From: an uncultured delta proteobacterium
GTDB taxonomy: Bacteria; Desulfobacterota; Binatia; DP-6
Direction: 5' to 3'
NCBI GenBank assembly: GCA_963815115.1
Contig: CAWFFN010000009.1
Span: 224,001 to 288,000 of the forward strand
Length of the DNA: 64,000 bases
Below are positions 12,894 to 23,656 of this stretch, piece after piece. The stretch's first letter is position 1. Each line of letters begins with the position of its first letter. The position numbers were made by a program, and so were the translations under genes. The notes under the pieces are model-generated. The model saw only the letters and a program-made list of their open reading frames with translations, did no database searches and was not told the DNA's origin.

Positions 12894-14720
12894 ATGTGTG
12901 GAATCGTCGGATACGTCGGTCCCCGGGAGGCTTCTCCCATCCTGGTGTCCGGGCTGCGCAAGCTCGAGTACCGCGGCTACGATTCGGCCGGCCTGGCGAC
13001 CATCAGCGACCATCACATCGAGGTGCGCCGCTCCGTCGGCAAGCTCGACAACCTCGACGCCATGCTGCGCGCGCAACCGCTGGGAGGCACGCCCGGCGTC
13101 GGGCACACGCGCTGGGCGACGCACGGCCGGCCGTCCGAACAGAACGCCCACCCGCACCGCGCGGGCAAGGTGGTGGTGATCCACAACGGCATCATCGAGA
13201 ACTTCTTGGACCTCCGGCGCGCCCTGGCGGCGCGCGGTCGGACCATGGCCTCGGAGACCGACACCGAGGTGATCTCGCACCTGATCGACGAGTTCGTGGC
13301 CCAGGGCCACGGCCTGGCCGAGGCCACGCGCCGCGCCATCGCGGAGCTGGAAGGGTCGTTCGCCATCGTGGTCCTCTCCGAGAGCGAGCCCGACCGGCTG
13401 GTGGCCGCCAAGAACGCCACGCCCATCGTGCTCGGCCTCGGGGACGGCGAGAACTTCGTCGCCTCCGACATCCCCGCCATGCTCGAGCACACCCGCCGCG
13501 TGGTCTTCCTCGAGGACGGCGAGGTCGTGGAGCTCACCGCCGATCGCGCGGTCATCACCACCTTCACCGGCCAGCCGGTCGAGCGCGCCCCCAAGGTGGT
13601 GGCCTGGGACGCGGTGACGGCCCAGAAGGGCGGCTTCAAGCACTTTCTCCTGAAGGAGATCTACGAGCAGCCGCAGGCGATCATCGACACCATGCGCGGT
13701 CGCATCCTCCAGGCGGAGGGCGACGTGCAGCTCGACGTCGAGGTGACGGACAACCTCCCCACCGACGTCGAGCGCTGCGTGCTGGTGGCGTGCGGCACCG
13801 CATGGCACGCGTGCCTGGTCGGCAAGTTCCTGATCGAGAGCCTGGCCGGCATCCCGTGCGAGGTCGACTACGGCAGCGAGTTCCGCTACCGCGATCCCAT
13901 CCTCGATCCGAAGACGCTGCTGCTGGTGGTGTCGCAGTCGGGCGAGACGGCCGACACGCTGGCGGCCGTGGAAGCGGGCCGCGAGCGCGGTACGCCGGTG
14001 CTCGCGGTGTGCAACGTGGTGGATTCGTCGATCGCCCGGCGATCCAACGGCGTGCTCTACACCCACGCCGGTCCGGAGATCAGCGTCGCCAGCACGAAGG
14101 CGTTCACCACGCAGCTCACCGCGCTCTACCTCCTGGCGCTCTACCTGGGGCGGCAGCGCGGCCGGATCGATGCCGACCGCGGCCGCCAGCTCCTGAGCGA
14201 TCTCGTCGCCCTTCCCGCGCTGGTGAAGGAAGCGCTGTCGCGCGAGAAGCACATCGAGCGCGTGGCCAAGAAGTACGGCCAGGCGCAGGACTTCCTCTAC
14301 CTCGGTCGCGGCATCAACTACCCGGTGGCCCTGGAAGGCGCGCTCAAGCTGAAGGAGATCTCCTACATCCACGCCGAGGGCTATCCCGCGGGCGAGATGA
14401 AGCACGGCCCGATCGCGCTCATCAACGAGGAGCTGCCGGTCGTGGTGCTGATCCCGCACGACGCGGTCTTCCAGAAGACGCTCTCCAACCTGAAGGAGGT
14501 CGAGTCGCGCGGCGGGCGCATCATCGTGGTCACGGACGGCAAGACGGACGACCTCGAGGACGTCGCCTGGGAGGTGCTCGAGGTGCCGGCGACCAACCAG
14601 CTGCTGACCCCGATCATGCTGACGCTGCCGCTCCAGCTGCTCGCGTACCACGTCGCGGTCTACCGTGGCACCGACGTCGATCAGCCGCGCAACCTGGCGA
14701 AGAGCGTCACCGTCGAGTAG
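12894..14720 (+). CDS. glmS: Glutamine--fructose-6-phosphate transaminase
   Basis: MCGIVG start, LEYRGYDSAG, GHTRWATHG, SQSGETADT, PRNLAKSVTVE end. Confidence 0.98.
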   Translation: MCGIVGYVGPREASPILVSGLRKLEYRGYDSAGLATISDHHIEVRRSVGKLDNLDAMLRAQPLGGTPGVGHTRWATHGRPSEQNAHPHRAGKVVVIHNGIIENFLDLRRALAARGRTMASETDTEVISHLIDEFVAQGHGLAEATRRAIAELEGSFAIVVLSESEPDRLVAAKNATPIVLGLGDGENFVASDIPAMLEHTRRVVFLEDGEVVELTADRAVITTFTGQPVERAPKVVAWDAVTAQKGGFKHFLLKEIYEQPQAIIDTMRGRILQAEGDVQLDVEVTDNLPTDVERCVLVACGTAWHACLVGKFLIESLAGIPCEVDYGSEFRYRDPILDPKTLLLVVSQSGETADTLAAVEAGRERGTPVLAVCNVVDSSIARRSNGVLYTHAGPEISVASTKAFTTQLTALYLLALYLGRQRGRIDADRGRQLLSDLVALPALVKEALSREKHIERVAKKYGQAQDFLYLGRGINYPVALEGALKLKEISYIHAEGYPAGEMKHGPIALINEELPVVVLIPHDAVFQKTLSNLKEVESRGGRIIVVTDGKTDDLEDVAWEVLEVPATNQLLTPIMLTLPLQLLAYHVAVYRGTDVDQPRNLAKSVTVE

Positions 14721-14733
14721 GGCGGCGGCTCGC

Positions 14734-15120
14734 TCACCAGAGTCGCCGGACGCCGTAGCGGTCGAACAGGGCCTCGTTGCTCACGAGCGTCAGGCCCTCG
14801 ATCTGAGCCTGCGCAACGAGCATGCGGTCGAACGGGTCACGGTGCGGTCCGGGAAGGGCACCGGCACGCTGCGCGTGCCGGACGCTGATGGCGAGATCGC
14901 GGAAGCTCTGGTCGTCCAGGTATCCCAGCAGGTCGTCGAGCAGCGGACCGACACGATCCAGCTTCCCCAACCGGTGCTTGGTCGCGATCTCCCACGCGCT
15001 GGCCGCACTCACGAACACGTCGTTCGCCTCCTCTGCGATCGCCGTGCGAGCCGGTCGGGAGAGCTGGCCCGCGCCGCCCGCCCACCAGAGCAGGGCGTGC
15101 GTGTCGAGAAGCAGCCGCAC
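14734..15120 (-). CDS. vapC: VapC/PIN-domain toxin
   Basis: LLLDTHALLW...SAASAWEIATK...HRDPFDRMLVAQA. Confidence 0.9.
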   Translation of the reverse strand: MRLLLDTHALLWWAGGAGQLSRPARTAIAEEANDVFVSAASAWEIATKHRLGKLDRVGPLLDDLLGYLDDQSFRDLAISVRHAQRAGALPGPHRDPFDRMLVAQAQIEGLTLVSNEALFDRYGVRRLW

Positions 15121-15129
15121 GGTTCGCCG

Positions 15130-15381
15130 TCACACGCCCCAGCGCTCGAGCTCGTCCGGGGGAAGCGGCTGGAAGAACTTCTTCCCGACGAACACCTTGC
15201 CGCGAAGGGCGCCGAAGCGCCGCCCGCCGCGCGGCCCCCGGGCAATCGGGACGAGGCGTGCGACCGGGATCCGCCCCCGCGCGATGACGACCTCCTCTCC
15301 ACGCTCCACCCGCTCGAGGAGCCGGGACAGGTGAGTCTTGGCCTGGTGCACGGTAACCGGCACGGCGGCGGACTTCCTCAT
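15130..15381 (-). CDS. Phd/YefM family antitoxin
   Basis: VHQAKTHLSRLLERVERGEEVVIARG..PVARLVP; directly upstream of the PIN toxin. Confidence 0.9.
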   Translation of the reverse strand: MRKSAAVPVTVHQAKTHLSRLLERVERGEEVVIARGRIPVARLVPIARGPRGGRRFGALRGKVFVGKKFFQPLPPDELERWGV

Positions 15382-15420
15382 GACTAAGGTAGGTTAGTCC
15401 ACCAGTGAAGGAGCCGTCAA
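15382..15420 (-). promoter_or_regulatory. TA promoter/operator: TTGACG-N18-TAACCT overlapped by the palindrome GACTAA-N6-TTAGTC
   Basis: Perfect 6-bp inverted repeat at 15382-15399 abuts the antitoxin ATG and covers the -10 box; geometry implies a near-leaderless mRNA. Confidence 0.6.
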
Positions 15421-15427
15421 CCGCCCC

Positions 15428-16663
15428 TCAGAACCGCTGGCAGGGGACCCGCGTCAGCGCGTCGATTCCCACCACCGCCGCGTTCAGCAGGGTACCCACC
15501 TGCTGAGGGCCGAAGGCCTGCGGGCCGCCTTGCACGACCGCCGCCAGGTCGTGCTGGATCTGGAGGAGCGCCGCCCGGTCCGCCGGCGTGAACAGCCCTT
15601 GATCGGGGAGCGACAGGCTGAACACGCGGTTGACGTTCACCGCGTCGGCGTACGTCGCCAGCGCCGGGTTCGGATCGCGGAACGGCGGCGGAGCAACCGT
15701 CTCCGCGAGGGCGGCGGTGAGGCGGAAGGCGATCCTGCTCTGGATCGCCAGCTTTCTGGTGTCGACGACGTCGAAGGTGTCGCCCGTGGTGTGGTAGCAG
15801 CCGCCGGTCGAGTCCGAGAAGAATACGGTCGGCACCCGGCCGCGGAGGACGAAGTTCGCGTAGTCGCTGCGGAGCTGGCCGAAGATGAAGCTCACCGGCA
15901 GGGTCTCGAGCTTCTCCGCGGCGACCGCCTGGGTGACGAACGCGCCGAGCGCGCTGCCACCGGTCTCGGCGCCCACGGAGAAGCTGACGCGGCGGAGCGT
16001 CGGGAGCAGGTTGGCCCCCTGGATGTCGAAGTTCACGTAGGCGGTCGTCTGCGCGAGCGGCACCAGCGGGTGCAGCACGTAGTACAGCGAGCCGAGGAGG
16101 CCGTCCTCCTCGGCGTCCCAGAGGGCCAGCACCACGGAGCGCCGCGGAGGCCGGGCGAGCCTGGTCAGCGCCCGCCCGACGCCGAGGACCGCCCCGACGC
16201 CAGCGGCGTTGTCGGTGGCTCCGGGACAGATCGCACCACCCGGCGGAATGCCGCTCGAGCAGCGTCCGGACGCGAGGCTGCGCGAGTCGAGGTGGTCGTA
16301 ATGGCCGCCGACGATGACGTACTCGTCGGGCAGCTCCCGGCCCCGGATCACCGCCAGGAGGTTGGTGCCGGCCTGGCCCGACTGCTCGAACGGCTGCCGG
16401 AAGGCATCGTCGCCCGTGGCGGCCGCATTCAGCCCCGTGCCCAGCCGGCGCAGCTTGCGGATCAGCAGGCGCTGGGCGTGGTCCGATTCGGGGGTATCGT
16501 TGTCGCGGCCCCGGAACATCTGGCCGGAGAGGCGCTTCACGATGGACCGGACACCCTGCCTCGCCTTCTCGGCGGCATGGTCGACATCGCTCGCCTGTGC
16601 GGACGCGGACCGGGGCAGGGCGCCGGCGAGCAGCACGAGGGCGAGCAGGCGCGCCAGCCGCAT
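15428..16663 (-). CDS. Secreted M28 family metallopeptidase
   Basis: Signal peptide; GGHYDH, GATDNAAG, WDAEEDGLLGS, NFDIQG, SDY, YHTTGDT. Confidence 0.9.
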   Translation of the reverse strand: MRLARLLALVLLAGALPRSASAQASDVDHAAEKARQGVRSIVKRLSGQMFRGRDNDTPESDHAQRLLIRKLRRLGTGLNAAATGDDAFRQPFEQSGQAGTNLLAVIRGRELPDEYVIVGGHYDHLDSRSLASGRCSSGIPPGGAICPGATDNAAGVGAVLGVGRALTRLARPPRRSVVLALWDAEEDGLLGSLYYVLHPLVPLAQTTAYVNFDIQGANLLPTLRRVSFSVGAETGGSALGAFVTQAVAAEKLETLPVSFIFGQLRSDYANFVLRGRVPTVFFSDSTGGCYHTTGDTFDVVDTRKLAIQSRIAFRLTAALAETVAPPPFRDPNPALATYADAVNVNRVFSLSLPDQGLFTPADRAALLQIQHDLAAVVQGGPQAFGPQQVGTLLNAAVVGIDALTRVPCQRF

Positions 16664-16755
16664 GTCCGCGGCCGCTATCACGCGGGCCGCGCGGGGGACA
16701 ACCTGTCGGGGGTGCGGGCTGGCCTCCGCCTGGGCCGGCGGTTATCATCGTCCCG

Positions 16756-17949
<1,194 letters not shown>

Positions 17950-17954
17950 CGCCC

Positions 17955-19643
17955 GTGGTGCGGCGACGTCTCACATCCGGGCTGCTCGCGGCCCTTCTGC
18001 TCTCCGTCGTGCCGGCGCTCGCCCGGGCTGCCGCGCCCGAGCCGGTGAGCGCGCGCCTGCGCGCGGAGGACGCCGAGGCCGTGGTCGAGCTCACGATCAC
18101 TCCCGGGTGGCACGTGAACGCGCACACGCCGCGCGACGAGTTCCTGATCCCGACGACGCTGGAGTTCAGCCCGCCCCCCGGCCAGCAGGTCGCGGAGGTC
18201 ACATGGCCCAGGCCGGTGGAGCGCGTGCTGGCCATCTCGCCGGGCATGCCGCTCCTGCTCTACGAGGGAAAGGTGCGGCTCAGCGCGCCGCTCAGCGGGA
18301 CGGCCGCCGCCGCCGGTCCGCCGCTGCGCGCCCGGCTCCGCTTCCAGGCCTGCAACGACACCACCTGCCTGCCGCCGCGGACGCTCGAGCTGACCGCCGA
18401 AGAGAAACCGCGCGGTGCTGCGGCCGGGAACGGGAACGCGGTCGCGGACGCGGTCGCACGCTGGGGCTGGGGCGTCACCTTCCTGTGGGTCGGGCTGCTC
18501 GGCCTGGCGCTGAATCTCACCCCGTGCGTCTACCCGATGATCTCGATCACCGTGGCGTTCTTCGGCGGGCGCACCGCCGCCGAGTCCACCCGGGTGGGCC
18601 ACGCGCTCCTCTACGTGCTCGGCATCTGCCTCACGTTCTCGGCGCTGGGTGCGGCCGCGGCGCTCACCGGATCGCTCTTCGGTGCGGCCATGCAGCAGCC
18701 CGCCGTGCTGGCGGGGATCGCAGTCCTGATGGTGGCGCTCGCGCTCGGCAACTTCGGGCTCTACCAGGTGCGCCTGCCGTCCGTGCTCGTCCAGGCCGCG
18801 GGGCGTGCCGGCGAGGGGGCGCTCGGTGCCTTCATGATGGGGCTCACCATGGGCGTCGTGGGCGCGCCGTGCATCGGTCCCATCGTCGCCGCCCTGCTGC
18901 TCTACGTCGGAGCCACGCAATCCGCGTGGCTCGGCTTCGCCCTGTTCTTCACGCTCGGTCTCGGGATGGGGCTGCCCTACGTCGGTCTGGCGGCCGCCGC
19001 CGGCCGGCTGCGACGGCTGCCGCGCAGCGGCGCCTGGCTCGGCTGGATGGAGCGCCTGTTCGGCTTCGTGCTCCTCGGTCTGGCGCTGCACTTCGTCACG
19101 CCGCTGCTCGCGCCCTGGCTCGTGCGGGTCCTATGGACGATGCTCCTGGTGGGCGCCGGCGTCGTGCTGGGCTTCCTCGGGTCGGTGAGCGGCGAGCCGG
19201 TGGGGTACCGCTGGGGACGCCGGCTCGCGGGCGTGGCGGCCGTGGTGGTGGGGCTGAGCGGTCTCCTCGTCGCCGAGGCGGAGAGTCCCATCACCTGGGT
19301 GCCGTTCTCGGATCAGTCCCTGGCGCACGCCACGGAGAGCGGGCGGCCGGTGCTGATCGACTTCCAGGCCGCCTGGTGTCTGCCATGCCGCGAGATGGAG
19401 CGAACCACCTTCCGCGATCCCGCGGTGGTGCGCGCGCTGCGTGACTTCACCAACCTGAAGGCCGACGTGACCGCGCAGGACGAGCGCGCCGAGGCGCTCA
19501 TGGGTCACTGGGACGTGCCCGGCGTGCCGACGTACGTCCTGCTCGGCCCGGACGGTCGTGAGCGGCGGCGCTTCATCGGCTTCGTGCCCGTCGACCAGAT
19601 GCTCGATGGATTGCGGGAGGCTGTCGGAGCAGCGCGTGGCTGA
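17955..19643 (+). CDS. dsbD: Thiol:disulfide interchange protein DsbD
   Basis: N-domain QACNDTTCLPP; TM motifs LTPCVYPM and GAPCIGP; thioredoxin WCLPC. Confidence 0.9.
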   Translation: MVRRRLTSGLLAALLLSVVPALARAAAPEPVSARLRAEDAEAVVELTITPGWHVNAHTPRDEFLIPTTLEFSPPPGQQVAEVTWPRPVERVLAISPGMPLLLYEGKVRLSAPLSGTAAAAGPPLRARLRFQACNDTTCLPPRTLELTAEEKPRGAAAGNGNAVADAVARWGWGVTFLWVGLLGLALNLTPCVYPMISITVAFFGGRTAAESTRVGHALLYVLGICLTFSALGAAAALTGSLFGAAMQQPAVLAGIAVLMVALALGNFGLYQVRLPSVLVQAAGRAGEGALGAFMMGLTMGVVGAPCIGPIVAALLLYVGATQSAWLGFALFFTLGLGMGLPYVGLAAAAGRLRRLPRSGAWLGWMERLFGFVLLGLALHFVTPLLAPWLVRVLWTMLLVGAGVVLGFLGSVSGEPVGYRWGRRLAGVAAVVVGLSGLLVAEAESPITWVPFSDQSLAHATESGRPVLIDFQAAWCLPCREMERTTFRDPAVVRALRDFTNLKADVTAQDERAEALMGHWDVPGVPTYVLLGPDGRERRRFIGFVPVDQMLDGLREAVGAARG

Positions 19644-20517
19644 CCGGCTCGCGCGCGCCCTGGGACACGGCGGCGCGGTGCGCGCGCTCGCCGCGGTGAC
19701 GACGGGGCTGGTCGAGGAGGCGCGCCGCCGGCACGACACCGCACCGACGGCGACGGCGGCGCTCGGGCGTGCGCTCACCGGAGCGCTCCTCCTGGCCGGC
19801 ACCATCAAGCGCGACGAGCGCCTGTCCCTCGAGTTCAGCGGCGACGGCCCGCTGCGCGGCGTGCTGGTCGACGCGACACCCGACGGGGACGCCCGCGGCT
19901 TCGTGCTCCGCCCCGCCACCCACGTGCCGCCTCGCGGCGGCAAGCTCGACGTCGGCGGTGCGCTGGGGCGCGGCGTGCTCTGCGTCATGCGCGTGCCGAT
20001 CGCGGCGGGCACGCTCTACCGCAGCATCGTGCCGCTCGAGTCCGGTGAGATCGGCGCCGACCTGGCGGGATACCTGCTCAACTCCGAGCAGGCACCGGCC
20101 GCGGTGGGCGTCGGGGTCTTCGTCGACGTCGACGGTCGCGTCGTGGCCGCGGGCGGCTATCTCGTGCAGGCGCTGCCGGGCGCGAGCGAGCGGGTGCTCG
20201 AGTCGGTCGCGGAGCAGGTCGAGCGGGTCGCCTCGCCCAGCGAGATGGTGCGGGAAGGACTCGGGGCGTCCGACATCCTGCGCCGGGTCGTGGGTGACGA
20301 TCTCTCGCTGCTCGAGGAGCGCGACGTGCGCTTTCGCTGCCGGTGCAGCCGGGAGCGGGTCGCGGTCGCCATCCTGGCGATGGGACGCGGCGAGATCGAG
20401 TCGGTGCTCGCCGGAGAGCGGCGCGCCGAGGTCACATGCGAGTTCTGTACCGAGCGCTACGTCCTGGAGGAGGGCGAGCTGCGAGAGCTGCTCGAAGGTG
20501 ACACCGGGACGGCGTGA
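19636..20517 (+). CDS. hslO: Hsp33 redox-regulated chaperone
   Basis: ATAALGRALTG, YLLNSEQ, AAGGYLVQALPG, CRCS...CEFC zinc motif. Confidence 0.93.
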   Translation: MADRLARALGHGGAVRALAAVTTGLVEEARRRHDTAPTATAALGRALTGALLLAGTIKRDERLSLEFSGDGPLRGVLVDATPDGDARGFVLRPATHVPPRGGKLDVGGALGRGVLCVMRVPIAAGTLYRSIVPLESGEIGADLAGYLLNSEQAPAAVGVGVFVDVDGRVVAAGGYLVQALPGASERVLESVAEQVERVASPSEMVREGLGASDILRRVVGDDLSLLEERDVRFRCRCSRERVAVAILAMGRGEIESVLAGERRAEVTCEFCTERYVLEEGELRELLEGDTGTA

Positions 20518-20521
20518 GCCG

Positions 20522-22843
20522 TCAGCCGAGCTCGGCGATCGTCACCCCGCTCCCGCCTGCCTGCGGGTCCGCTTCGCGATACTTCACGCAGTAGGGGCTC
20601 GTGGCCAGGAACTCCTGCACCGCCCTGCGCAGCGCACCGGTGCCGACGCCGTGCACGACGCGGATCTCGGAATGGCCGGCGCGCACGGCGCGGTCGAGAA
20701 AGACGCCGAGCGCGGCCAGCGCGTCACGGGCTCGCTGCCCGACGAGGTTGATCTCTCCCGGCAGCGAATCGTCGTCGGGACGCTCGACCTGGACTGCCAC
20801 CCGCTCGCGCGCGGCCGGCGCGTCGACCACGCGCAGCTGCGCCGCGGGGACCTCGAACTTGAGGCCGCCGCGCGCGATGCGCGCCCGCTCGGCGCCCAGC
20901 TCGAGCAGCTCCCCCCGGATGCCCCGGCCCACGACCTCGACCGTGTCTCCGGGCCGCGGCGGCCGTCCGGGGGACGGCGGCGCTGCCGCCGGCTCGTGGC
21001 TGGCAATCCGCTCCGATGCCTCCGCCACGAAGTTGCGCAGCGGTGCCGGCTCCGGCCTGCGGCGCAGCTCGTCGAGGATCGTCCGTCCCTCCGCCTGCAG
21101 CTCGCGCAGGAAGCGCCGCGAAGCCTCGAGGTCCTCGCTCCAGCGCGCTCGCTGGCGCGCACGCAGGTCCGCCTCCAGCGTCTCGGCTGCGGCCCGGACG
21201 GCGGCCAGCCGCCGCGTCTCGGCCTCGCTCGCCTCGCGCGCGGCCTCGAGATCGCGCCGGCTCTCCTCCAGCCGCTCCACGGCGCGTGCCACGTCGCGGC
21301 TCTCGCCTGCGAGCAGGCGCTCCGCGGTCTCGAGGGCGCGTGCCGGTATGCCGTGGCGGCGGGCGATCGGCAGCGCCAGGCTGTGGCCGATGGTGTGGTA
21401 GTCGAGGTGGTAGCGCGGCGCGCCGCTGGCGGGATCGACGTCGAACGCGGCCGCCTCGAGCGCCGGCTCCGCGAGCGCGAAGGTCTTCACCTGCGGGAAG
21501 TGGGTCGTGAAAACCAGCAGCGGCCCGCGCGCGAGGAGGTCGGTGAGCACGCCCACCGCGAGCGCGGCACCCTCGACCGGATCGGTGCCCGCGCCCGGCT
21601 CGTCGAGCAGCACGAGACACTCCGGGCCGGCGGCGGCCGCGATGGCGGCGAGGTTCTCGGCGTGGCCCGTGAAGGTCGAGATGTCGCGCTCTATCGACTG
21701 CTCGTCGCCGATGTCCGCCAGCACCGCCTGGAAGCACGGCAGCCGACTGCCCTCGGCGGCGGGCAGGAACAGCCCCGCCTGCGCCATGAGCGCGCACAGC
21801 CCGACCGTCTTGAGTGCCACGGTCTTGCCGCCGGCGTTCGGCCCCGTGATGGCCAGCCCGCGCTGTCCGGAGCGCAGGTGGAGATCGACCGGTACGACCG
21901 GCCGGTCGCTCAGCAGGAGCAGCGGATGCCGCGCGGCGCGCAGGAGCACCTGGTCGCCGCCGAGGCCAGGTCGCACGCACGCATGCGTCCGGGCGAAGGC
22001 GGCAGCGGCTCCGAGGGCGTCGACGCCCGCCAGCGCCTCCTCCAGGGCGGCCAGCGCCGGCGTGTGCTCGCGGATGTGCGCCGTCAGCTCGGCGCGCACG
22101 CGCCGCTCCTCCGCCTCCTCCGTCTTCGAGGCGAGGAGAAGACGGTTGTTCAGCTCGACGGCGAAGAGCGGCTCGACGAACACGGTCTCGTCCGACTGCG
22201 AGCGATCCTGCACCACGCCTTCGAACGTCCACGCGGCGGCGGTGCGGACGGGCACCACGTAGCGCCCGTTGCGGACCGTGACGTACTGCTCGCCGACGAT
22301 GCCGCTGTTGGCCGGGTCGCGCACCACCTTGACGAGCTGATCCTCGAGACGCATGCGCAGCTCGCGTGTCGCCCGGCGCGCGGCGGCGAGCGCGGGGCTG
22401 GCGTCCTCGCGAACCTGACCGCCCTCGTCGAGCAGCGCGGTGAGCGCCGCCTCGGCCTCGGGTGCCTCGGGCATACCGTCGGCCGTCGCGGCGAGGTGAG
22501 GGAAGCGGTCGGGATCGCGACGCAGGTGCACGCGCACGTGGCGTGCGACCAGGAGGAGATCGCGCACCTCGAGGAGTCGCCGCGTTTCGAGCGCCCCGCC
22601 CGCGGGCGCCGCCTGCGCCAGCGCGGGTCCGAGGCGCGGCACGTCGGCGGTCGGCACCGCGCCGGCCTCCGCGGTGAGCGCGACCAGCTCGGCGAGCGTG
22701 TCGAGGCGCTGCTCCGCCACCCCGCGATCGGGGACCGGTCGGAACGCGCATGCGGCCTCCCGCCCCGCCTCGGAGCGTGCCAGCGCGGCGATGGCCGCCA
22801 GCACGCGCGGCAGCTCGAGGGTCTCGAGATCGCGAGGTCGCAC
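20522..22843 (-). CDS. mutS2: MutS2 family ATPase with Smr domain
   Basis: TGPNAGGKT, DIGDEQSI..STF, LLDEPGAGTDP, TTHF; C-terminal Smr VVHGVGTGAL. Confidence 0.95.
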   Translation of the reverse strand: MRPRDLETLELPRVLAAIAALARSEAGREAACAFRPVPDRGVAEQRLDTLAELVALTAEAGAVPTADVPRLGPALAQAAPAGGALETRRLLEVRDLLLVARHVRVHLRRDPDRFPHLAATADGMPEAPEAEAALTALLDEGGQVREDASPALAAARRATRELRMRLEDQLVKVVRDPANSGIVGEQYVTVRNGRYVVPVRTAAAWTFEGVVQDRSQSDETVFVEPLFAVELNNRLLLASKTEEAEERRVRAELTAHIREHTPALAALEEALAGVDALGAAAAFARTHACVRPGLGGDQVLLRAARHPLLLLSDRPVVPVDLHLRSGQRGLAITGPNAGGKTVALKTVGLCALMAQAGLFLPAAEGSRLPCFQAVLADIGDEQSIERDISTFTGHAENLAAIAAAAGPECLVLLDEPGAGTDPVEGAALAVGVLTDLLARGPLLVFTTHFPQVKTFALAEPALEAAAFDVDPASGAPRYHLDYHTIGHSLALPIARRHGIPARALETAERLLAGESRDVARAVERLEESRRDLEAAREASEAETRRLAAVRAAAETLEADLRARQRARWSEDLEASRRFLRELQAEGRTILDELRRRPEPAPLRNFVAEASERIASHEPAAAPPSPGRPPRPGDTVEVVGRGIRGELLELGAERARIARGGLKFEVPAAQLRVVDAPAARERVAVQVERPDDDSLPGEINLVGQRARDALAALGVFLDRAVRAGHSEIRVVHGVGTGALRRAVQEFLATSPYCVKYREADPQAGGSGVTIAELG

Positions 22844-22980
22844 CGTCGGCGATCCTACCGCCTGCCGCGGGTCGGGGGAACGGCAACCAGGGGGAAGGTG
22901 GCGCCGCCGTGATGGCGTCTCGTAGTGCGGACGAATCGGTTGTCCCGGCCCGTTGCCGGCGCTAGCTTCCCGCCGTGGCC

Positions 22981-23607
22981 ATGCCCGCCCCTCATCTCGA
23001 GTGGAACGACGTGATGCAGGTACCGTCCAGCGTCCGCCTTCCGATCGAGCTGGCCCCCCCGGAGAACTTCGACCCGACGCGACCCGAGACCTGGCCACGC
23101 GTGGAAGGTCGACTCGAGTGGGTGGCCGGGAGGCTGCTCTGGATGCCGCCGTGCGGGGTGAGGCAGTCGAGGCGGGTGTGGGACGTCGTGGCGGCCGTCG
23201 ATCCGTGGTTGCGGAGTCATCCGGAGTTCGTCGGCGGAACGAACGAGGCCGGGCTGCTGCTCGACGGCGACGTGCGCGCTCCCGACCTGGCCGTCTTCTG
23301 CACACGTGACATCGACGAGTCGTCGCCCGGCTACGCCCGGGTGGCGCCGGTGCTGGCCGTCGAGGTGAGCGGCGAGCGAGAGGACGAGACCGCCTTGCGC
23401 GAGAAGGCGCGATGGTACCTGGCGAAAGGGAGCGAGGTCGTCTGGCTGGTACTGGCCGAATCGACCGAGGTACTGGTGCTGACCTCGGCGGGGGAACACC
23501 GATGCGGTCTGGACGACGTACTGCCCGAACGGCTCTCGCTGCCGGGGCTCGCACCGCGGGTGCGCGATTTCTTCCATCGGGTCAGTGACTCTCCGGCCGG
23601 CGGGTGA
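22981..23607 (+). CDS. Uma2/DUF820 family endonuclease-fold protein
   Basis: RAPDLAV...PVLAVEV...EKARWYL..G..VVWLV...LPGL. Confidence 0.8.
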   Translation: MPAPHLEWNDVMQVPSSVRLPIELAPPENFDPTRPETWPRVEGRLEWVAGRLLWMPPCGVRQSRRVWDVVAAVDPWLRSHPEFVGGTNEAGLLLDGDVRAPDLAVFCTRDIDESSPGYARVAPVLAVEVSGEREDETALREKARWYLAKGSEVVWLVLAESTEVLVLTSAGEHRCGLDDVLPERLSLPGLAPRVRDFFHRVSDSPAGG

Positions 23608-23656
23608 GCGAGCGGAATTTGACACCCCGCGCGACCGCGTCGTAACCAGGATCGTC

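Noticed and set aside
14685-14760. Tn7-like element at the glmS end
   Set aside because: No tnsABCD genes, terminal repeats or target duplication seen
16664-16755. FMN riboswitch upstream of ribB
   Set aside because: The gap is about 90 nt and lacks the conserved FMN aptamer motifs
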